A DNA stretch of 64,000 nucleotides from Dehalococcoidia bacterium (lineage in GTDB: Bacteria; Chloroflexota; Dehalococcoidia; Plut-88900): assembly GCA_965197585.1 (NCBI GenBank), contig OZ240215.1:2560001-2624000 (forward strand). The letters are read 5' to 3'. Position 1 is the stretch's first letter. Every line of letters begins with the position of its first letter. Shown piece by piece: positions 58,176 to 64,000 of the stretch. A program made the translations under genes and the position numbers. The notes under the pieces are model-generated. The model was not told the DNA's origin. It did not search any database and saw only the letters and a list, made by a program, of their open reading frames with translations.

Positions 58176-58678
58176 CAGGTTAAGTAAACACCTCTTTCAA
58201 GAGCAGTTCCGTTCCTGGAATACGTCTTGTCAAAACTCCAGCCTCCCAGACCAAAGTTCGGCTCGTTACCGTATGTTCTTTGAAAGGGCAATGAGTTACG
58301 GATTTTCTGGCGTTCGCTCTCACTAAGATTAGACCAAGTGTTGCTGTATTCGAGGAACGAGTGCCACGAGGCACCTGAAATATTTGCGCCGGCCGGAACC
58401 CTTCCAGACCGATCGTCCGCTAACGAGATTCCATCGGACCTAACCGTGTATCGGACAACCACTACCCAACCGTCGCCTCTCTTGAATCCGTATTCGACCA
58501 TCTTAAGACACTTGTTCAGCAACAAGAGCACAAGTTCGCCGATGTAGGCCTCGATGTTCCCGTCGGACGGTTTGCCGTAGAACAATTGCATCTGCTTAAG
58601 GTCTGCCGCGACCTTAGAGGCGAGATAGACAGCATGGGTCTTGGTAAATGTATCGGAGGTGGAGTAGCTATAGGTCAT
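58175..58678 (-). CDS. cap7: CBASS bacterial HORMA protein (Cap7)
   Basis: S.S.TFT.THA.YLASKVAADLK....FYG.PS..I..Y..E and LPF.R..G.EP..G.W..DK.YS.NG..L.R. Confidence 0.9.
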   Translation of the reverse strand: MTYSYSTSDTFTKTHAVYLASKVAADLKQMQLFYGKPSDGNIEAYIGELVLLLLNKCLKMVEYGFKRGDGWVVVVRYTVRSDGISLADDRSGRVPAGANISGASWHSFLEYSNTWSNLSESERQKIRNSLPFQRTYGNEPNFGLGGWSFDKTYSRNGTALERGVYLT

Positions 58679-58680
58679 TT

Positions 58681-59646
58681 TTACACCTTGAAAGAGGGAC
58701 CGAGGACCTCTTTCCATAAACTAACAGCGCGCCCTTTCGTATCGGAAAACTGTGCCTCTGTGAGCGCATCCAACGCATCTGCGCAAGCTTCAACAAGAGC
58801 AATCCTGTCGTGGTCAGAGTAATTCTCCGCCACGTTATTGTCAGCGTTAACCGGGTCGAAGATTCTTACGGGACTTGAACCCGATTTTGGCAAACTCGAT
58901 GCCGGGTAGTAGTCAGCAAACGCGATTCTTGTCTTCAATTGGGATTGAACTATCAAGGAGAAGAACTCCTGAAGTATCCGGGAGTAGTCCTTGAAGTCGG
59001 CTCCGTGGTCTAACATGTAAGCGCAAATCAACTCGACCATAAATGATTTGAAGCGAAAGTCAGGGTAGTGTGATTTCCTGAGGCGAACCCACCACTTGAG
59101 GAGCCTAACCACCTGAGAAAAATGTTGCGGCGTCAGCCGCTTCCGTTTCCGGATGAACTCCAAGTGAAGGCGGACGCTGGTTTCCAGCCATGTCCCGGTG
59201 TCTCGGTTCAGGAGATATCCCCGGTCATCGGGGTCGTCCTCGTATAACACTGGAACGACATCTACATCCAGACCACTACCGCGGAAGTTGACAGAGACAC
59301 AATGGGTTCCACGGCTGAACTGCTCAGGGTGCATGTTGGGGTTCGCTTCCCGAAGACGGTCAGCTAACCAGTTGAGGAGTTCCGAATCATCTCCCGGAGC
59401 GTCGGCTTTCCGCAAATATACTGCAACATCCATGTCGTTGATGGTGCTTAGTGCCGTTCCCTTGGCCACACTACCAGAGTGCAGCATTTTGACCAGCGCG
59501 AAGTCGGGGTTGTCCCGGATCTTGGCAGCCAGCCTGTCCCTAAGGTCATTTACTTGCTTTCGGTATCTCCGAACCCTGTCCTGGTGAAGATTTACGACTT
59601 CATTCCCGAATCTTACGATGTCTGAGTGTTGTACGTGAGGTGCCAT
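58681..59646 (-). CDS. CBASS oligonucleotide cyclase (CD-NTase, type III-associated)
   Basis: SGS.AKGTAL...ND.DVAVY, DVDVVPV, RLLKWW, FKSFMVEL and DPVN..NNVA. Confidence 0.93.
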   Translation of the reverse strand: MAPHVQHSDIVRFGNEVVNLHQDRVRRYRKQVNDLRDRLAAKIRDNPDFALVKMLHSGSVAKGTALSTINDMDVAVYLRKADAPGDDSELLNWLADRLREANPNMHPEQFSRGTHCVSVNFRGSGLDVDVVPVLYEDDPDDRGYLLNRDTGTWLETSVRLHLEFIRKRKRLTPQHFSQVVRLLKWWVRLRKSHYPDFRFKSFMVELICAYMLDHGADFKDYSRILQEFFSLIVQSQLKTRIAFADYYPASSLPKSGSSPVRIFDPVNADNNVAENYSDHDRIALVEACADALDALTEAQFSDTKGRAVSLWKEVLGPSFKV

Positions 59647-59822
59647 ACCTTATCCTTATGTTCCATCGCTGGGCCTGGTTAATGTCCTCAATTGGGCCAA
59701 AACCTGCATCCGACCGAGAATGGCATTCCTATGGGAGCGATGGCGCTTGAGGTCCTCTGCATCCTTCCAATCGGCTCCTCTGTCGATTTCCTGGTGCACT
59801 CCGTTTCCAGCCCGGGTGGATT

Positions 59823-59871
59823 GTTGAATATTAAGTCAACATTATATTCGACTTGATAGTTGAAATTCAAC
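59823..59871. promoter_or_regulatory. AT-rich divergent promoter with palindromic operator candidates
   Basis: aagtc-N12-gactt (59833-59854) and gttgaaattcaac (59859-59871) lie between CBASS and the HTH gene. Confidence 0.5.
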
Positions 59872-59904
59872 ACAAGTTTTGAGAAACTAACTACGGAGGT
59901 TCCA

Positions 59905-60279
59905 ATGCCTTTTCCCGACCGGTTGCGCGAATTGCGGAGGGCTGCCCGGCTAAGCCAGCGGGCGCTGGCAGAGCAGGTCGGGGTAGATTTCACCTATTTG
60001 AGCAAGATCGAGAACGGCCGCGTCGAACCACCCAGCGAGGGCGTTCTCCAGAGAATCGCCAAGGAACTGGCTGACAAACTGGGGAAGGACGAGACCGCGT
60101 TGGCCGATGAATTGATCACCCTAGCGGGCAAAATTCCTTCAGACTTGGCGGAAACCTTGTCCCGTAACCCTGAGGTTGTCCGGCTTCTACGGTCCGTCGG
60201 GAGTGATGTACATTCATCAGCCGATTGGCGAAAGCTCTTTTCGGGTCAGTCGCCAGAAGAACAACCGGAGGAAGGATGA
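59905..60279 (+). CDS. XRE HTH repressor (CapH-like)
   Basis: LRELR....LSQR.LAE.VGV...YLSKIENG; GGAGG RBS; divergent from CBASS. Confidence 0.88.
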   Translation: MPFPDRLRELRRAARLSQRALAEQVGVDFTYLSKIENGRVEPPSEGVLQRIAKELADKLGKDETALADELITLAGKIPSDLAETLSRNPEVVRLLRSVGSDVHSSADWRKLFSGQSPEEQPEEG

Positions 60280-60923
60280 CTACAAGGTACTTGCCCGATG
60301 TTCATATAGAGAGGCAGGCAACCCGGTTGTTGAATCGGTATGAGCGTGAGTTCGAGGCTGTAACAGAGCCACCAGTGCCGGTTGAGGACATCGCCGATGG
60401 CCTGCTGGAATTAGGGATCCTATGGGATTCAGTGTACGAGGCGGCCGGCACATCCACGCTGGCCGGCTTTGAACCCCGTGAATACATGATTAAGTTCAAC
60501 GAATCCCGTCGTCAGGTCTTCGAGGAGACCCCGGGCTTATACAACACCGTGTTGGGCCACGAAATCGGTCACTGGGAGTTGCACGTTGACCATAACCTGG
60601 CAGCCCAGCAACAACTGCCAAACCTCGACCACGTTTACGAGTGCCTCTACCAAGATTGCACCTGTGCTCAAGGGCCCAAGGAAACTCAGGCCCATAGATT
60701 CATGGCTTTCCTTCTAATGCCTTCCAGCCTGTTGTGGGAAGCCGTCAGCGATGTCGAACTTACCAGTTGGCCTAACCTGTACAGGTTGCGAGAACTCTTT
60801 CAGGTTACTATTTCGGCTCTAACAATAAGGCTCGAACGGCTAGGGGTCCTTTACGTTGCTACCGACGGGCAGCTTTACCCGTCCTTGCAGGAATACCACG
60901 GCCAGACGCGACTGGCGCTTTAG
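60276..60923 (+). CDS. ImmA/IrrE-family Zn metallopeptidase (CapP-like)
   Basis: PVPVE.I, HEIGH and E.QA..F...LLMP; ATGA-coupled to the HTH gene. Confidence 0.88.
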   Translation: MTTRYLPDVHIERQATRLLNRYEREFEAVTEPPVPVEDIADGLLELGILWDSVYEAAGTSTLAGFEPREYMIKFNESRRQVFEETPGLYNTVLGHEIGHWELHVDHNLAAQQQLPNLDHVYECLYQDCTCAQGPKETQAHRFMAFLLMPSSLLWEAVSDVELTSWPNLYRLRELFQVTISALTIRLERLGVLYVATDGQLYPSLQEYHGQTRLAL

Positions 60924-60976
60924 GGAATCTGGCCCTTCAAATGGTGGTCTTATGACCGCCCCAAAAGAGGCACGTC

Positions 60977-63900
60977 ATGGCAAACCCCTTCTTTGACCAA
61001 CCCATCATCAACTCCCCATACGATCCCCCCTCCCGCCATTGGGAGCTGGACAAGGATGGCCAGCCGACTCAAAAGATAATCGAGAGTCGGCGTGGAGCCG
61101 AGTTCATCACCCCAATTCCGAAGCCCAAACAAAAGGGAAAAAAGAGGCAGCAGCAGCTTGTCTTTGAGGAAGGTCTGGGGCTTTCAACTCAAGAACAGCA
61201 ATATGAAGTCACGGCGGCAGTGACCGAGATTCGCCGACGCGTCGACGAGTGGCGCAAAATACCGGGCCCCAATAACTGGGGAGTCACGACGCACACGGCT
61301 AGATTGCTATTGCACTGGCGGCAACATAAGTTCAGCAACTACCAACCCTTCTTTTGCCAGGTCGAAGCAGCAGAGACCCTGATTTGGCTTACCGAAGTTG
61401 CTCCCAGGATGGGGCCGGAAGTGAAGAGGGTATTGGATCGGCTGGCCAACGTGAATCAGGAGGCCAACCCGGAGTTGTTCCGCATTGCCTTGAAGCTGGC
61501 CACAGGTGCCGGTAAGACCGCAGTGATGGCTATGATCATCGCTTGGCAGACAATCAATGCCGTCCGGCACCCGAACAGCCGACGCTTCACCCGGGGCTTC
61601 TTGGTGGTCACCCCCGGCCTTACCATCAAGGACCGGCTGCGGGTACTCCAGCCCAACGACCCCGACAGCTACTACGCAAGCAGGGAACTGGTACCCGCCG
61701 ACATGCTGGAGGACCTGCAGCGGGCGAGGATAGTCATCACCAATTACCACGCTCTTCGACGGCGTGAACGACTGGAAGTTTCCAGTGGAGGGAGAGCGTT
61801 GCTGCAAGGCCGAGGCGAGCCTTTGGAAACGCTGGAAACCGAAGGACAAATGGTTCAACGGGTAATGCCGGAGCTCATGGGTATGAGAAATCCAATGGTT
61901 CTTAATGACGAAGCACACCATTGTTATCGGCGGAAACCGGGTGAAGGCGACGAAGGTGCTTTGACCGGAGAGGAGCGGCGGGAAGCCGAAAAAAACAACG
62001 AGGAGGCTCGGGTCTGGATATCCGGGCTGGAGATAGTCAAACGAAAGCTGGGTATTCGCCAGGTCGTGGACCTTTCGGCTACGCCCTTCTTCTTGAGCGG
62101 CTCCGGCTACGCCGAGGGGACACTGTTTCCCTGGACCGTAAGCGATTTCTCGCTTATGGACGCGATCGAATGCGGCATCGTCAAGCTGCCCAGGGTGCCG
62201 GTAGCCGACAACATTCCTGGAGAGGAAGTGCCTATTTTCCGCAACCTCTGGGAGCACATTCGACCCAATATGCCCAAAGCGGGAAAACGGAAATCCGTTA
62301 ACCTGGATCCCCTAAGTCTACCTGTCGAGCTGCAAACGGCACTGGAGGCTCTCTATGGACACTACAAGACCACTTTCGCCCTATGGGAAGAAGGCGGCTC
62401 CGAAGTCCCGCCCTGCTTCATTATCGTCTGTAATAACACTGCGACTTCCAAACTGATCTATGACTATATATCCGGCTTTGAGCGTGTCAGTGAAGATGGC
62501 TCTACTACGCTGCAGCCCGGCAAATTGGACCTGTTCCGTAACTTCGACGATTACAGCAATCGCCTTCCGATTCCACACACGTTGTTGATCGACAGCACAC
62601 AGCTAGAGTCCGGCGACAAGCTCAGCGACGAATTCCGCAAGGCTGCGGCGCCGTTAATTGAGAGGTTCCGCCGGGAACGGCAGGAGCGATCCGGCAACAT
62701 CCAAGATGCCGACAACATTACCGAACAGGAACTCCTTCGCGAGGTTATGAACACGGTTGGGAAGAAGGGTCGGCTGGGTGAGTCCATCCGTTGTGTTGTG
62801 TCGGTCTCCATGCTGACTGAGGGCTGGGACGCCAACACCGTCACTCACATCCTGGGAGTTCGAGCCTTTGGCACCCAGCTCTTGTGCGAGCAGGTCATTG
62901 GACGAGCACTTCGGCGCCAGTCATACACATTGAACGAGGACAAACTTTTCGATGTCGAATATGCCGACGTTCTCGGCATTCCTTTCGATTTCACCTCGAG
63001 GCCCGTAGTGGTTGCCCCAGGCAAGCCACGACAAACCGTCCAGGTTAATGCCGTTCGCCCTGAGCGCGACCACCTGGAGATAACCTTCCCCCGAGTCTCA
63101 GGCTACCGTGAAGATCCTCCAAAGGAAGAGCTAATAGCCAACTTCACCAAGGATTCCAAGCTCGAATTGACCCCGCTCCTTGTCGGTCCAACGCAGACCA
63201 GGAACGAAGGGATTATCGGAGAAGGGGTTGACTTAAATTTGGTTCACACTGGTGACCTACGCATATCCAGCCTGGTCTTGCACCTGACCAAGCGGCTATT
63301 GGAAACCAAGTGGAGAGACCCCAACCAGGACCTAAAGTTGCACCTGTTCGGCAAGTTGAGGAACGTGGTTAAACAGTGGCTTGACACTTGCCTAATCTGC
63401 CGAGGCGGTACCTACCCAGCCCAGTTAATGTACCAGTCATTGGCCGACATGGCCTGTAATCGGATAACCGCTGCCATCACCAGCCGACATGGAGAGAGGT
63501 CCATTAAGGCGCTGCTCGATGCCTACAACCCTACCGGCTCGACGAGGCACGTGAATTTTACAACATCCAAAGCCGACCTTTGGCGCACCGACTCCCGGAA
63601 GTGCCATGTCAATTACGCTGTGCTCGACCTAAGTTGGGAGGCGGAATTCTGCCGGGTGGCCGAGTCTCACCCCCGAGTAAAGTCCTACGTCAAGAACCAC
63701 AACCTGGGCCTTGAAGTCCCTTATCTGTATGGCTCAACTCCCCGCACCTATATCCCCGACTTTATCTTGCAGGTGGATGATGGCCGAGAGGAGCCGTTGA
63801 ACCTTATCGTGGAGATCAAGGGATACCGGGGTGAAGACGCAAAGGATAAGAAAAACACGATGGACTCGTACTGGGTGCCCGGTGTTAATGGCCTCGGTGT

Positions 63901-64000
63901 ATATGGCCGCTGGGCCTTCGCCGAATTTACCGCCGTACATGATATTCAGGATAACTTGCGCGAACTGATTGATTCCTGCCGGATCAGAGACGATAAACGC
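60977..64000 (+). CDS. Type III restriction enzyme Res-like helicase-nuclease (stop lies beyond the window)
   Basis: Not in the ORF track. MANPFFDQPIINSPY.., LKLATGAGKT (Walker A), NDEAHH, LSATP, MLTEGWD, EQVIGR.LRR and Y.PDF..VEIKG. Confidence 0.9.
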   Translation, partial: MANPFFDQPIINSPYDPPSRHWELDKDGQPTQKIIESRRGAEFITPIPKPKQKGKKRQQQLVFEEGLGLSTQEQQYEVTAAVTEIRRRVDEWRKIPGPNNWGVTTHTARLLLHWRQHKFSNYQPFFCQVEAAETLIWLTEVAPRMGPEVKRVLDRLANVNQEANPELFRIALKLATGAGKTAVMAMIIAWQTINAVRHPNSRRFTRGFLVVTPGLTIKDRLRVLQPNDPDSYYASRELVPADMLEDLQRARIVITNYHALRRRERLEVSSGGRALLQGRGEPLETLETEGQMVQRVMPELMGMRNPMVLNDEAHHCYRRKPGEGDEGALTGEERREAEKNNEEARVWISGLEIVKRKLGIRQVVDLSATPFFLSGSGYAEGTLFPWTVSDFSLMDAIECGIVKLPRVPVADNIPGEEVPIFRNLWEHIRPNMPKAGKRKSVNLDPLSLPVELQTALEALYGHYKTTFALWEEGGSEVPPCFIIVCNNTATSKLIYDYISGFERVSEDGSTTLQPGKLDLFRNFDDYSNRLPIPHTLLIDSTQLESGDKLSDEFRKAAAPLIERFRRERQERSGNIQDADNITEQELLREVMNTVGKKGRLGESIRCVVSVSMLTEGWDANTVTHILGVRAFGTQLLCEQVIGRALRRQSYTLNEDKLFDVEYADVLGIPFDFTSRPVVVAPGKPRQTVQVNAVRPERDHLEITFPRVSGYREDPPKEELIANFTKDSKLELTPLLVGPTQTRNEGIIGEGVDLNLVHTGDLRISSLVLHLTKRLLETKWRDPNQDLKLHLFGKLRNVVKQWLDTCLICRGGTYPAQLMYQSLADMACNRITAAITSRHGERSIKALLDAYNPTGSTRHVNFTTSKADLWRTDSRKCHVNYAVLDLSWEAEFCRVAESHPRVKSYVKNHNLGLEVPYLYGSTPRTYIPDFILQVDDGREEPLNLIVEIKGYRGEDAKDKKNTMDSYWVPGVNGLGVYGRWAFAEFTAVHDIQDNLRELIDSCRIRDDKR

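Overview
GC-rich bacterial contig. The paralogue expansions, cadherin-repeat protein and Cache lipoproteins suggest a Chloroflexota (Dehalococcoidia/SAR202-like), possibly host-associated genome, but this is inference only. The left part (1-26.3 kb) is mostly metabolic: pncC, DUF1989, an NYN RNase bracketed by two copies of a promoter plus two-hairpin small-RNA element, a TusA-DsrE-(TusA::MetE-like)-hydrolase operon, three non-canonical M20 amidohydrolases, DarTG, agmatinase, six tandem 277-aa double-domain EctC-like cupins, two EutD-like M24 hydrolases, an FAD oxidoreductase and a broken fluC. The right part (26.4-64 kb) is an accessory/defence region with much decay. It holds an HhH-GPD glycosylase + C5-MTase::HhH fusion + GHKL/His-kinase + receiver operon, recombinase and IS21 remnants, a cadherin-repeat giant protein, a hybrid kinase-regulator and its broken duplicate, and a constant-variable-constant array of secreted proteins. 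It ends with a complete type III CBASS (CD-NTase, HORMA, TRIP13, TIR-SAVED) with a divergent CapH/CapP-like pair, and a type III restriction-like helicase running off the window. The best candidates for undescribed systems are the NYN + duplicated sRNA module, the six-fold bi-EctC array with its hydrolases, the TusA/DsrE/MetE-like sulfur-relay operon and the MTase-glycosylase-kinase-receiver operon.
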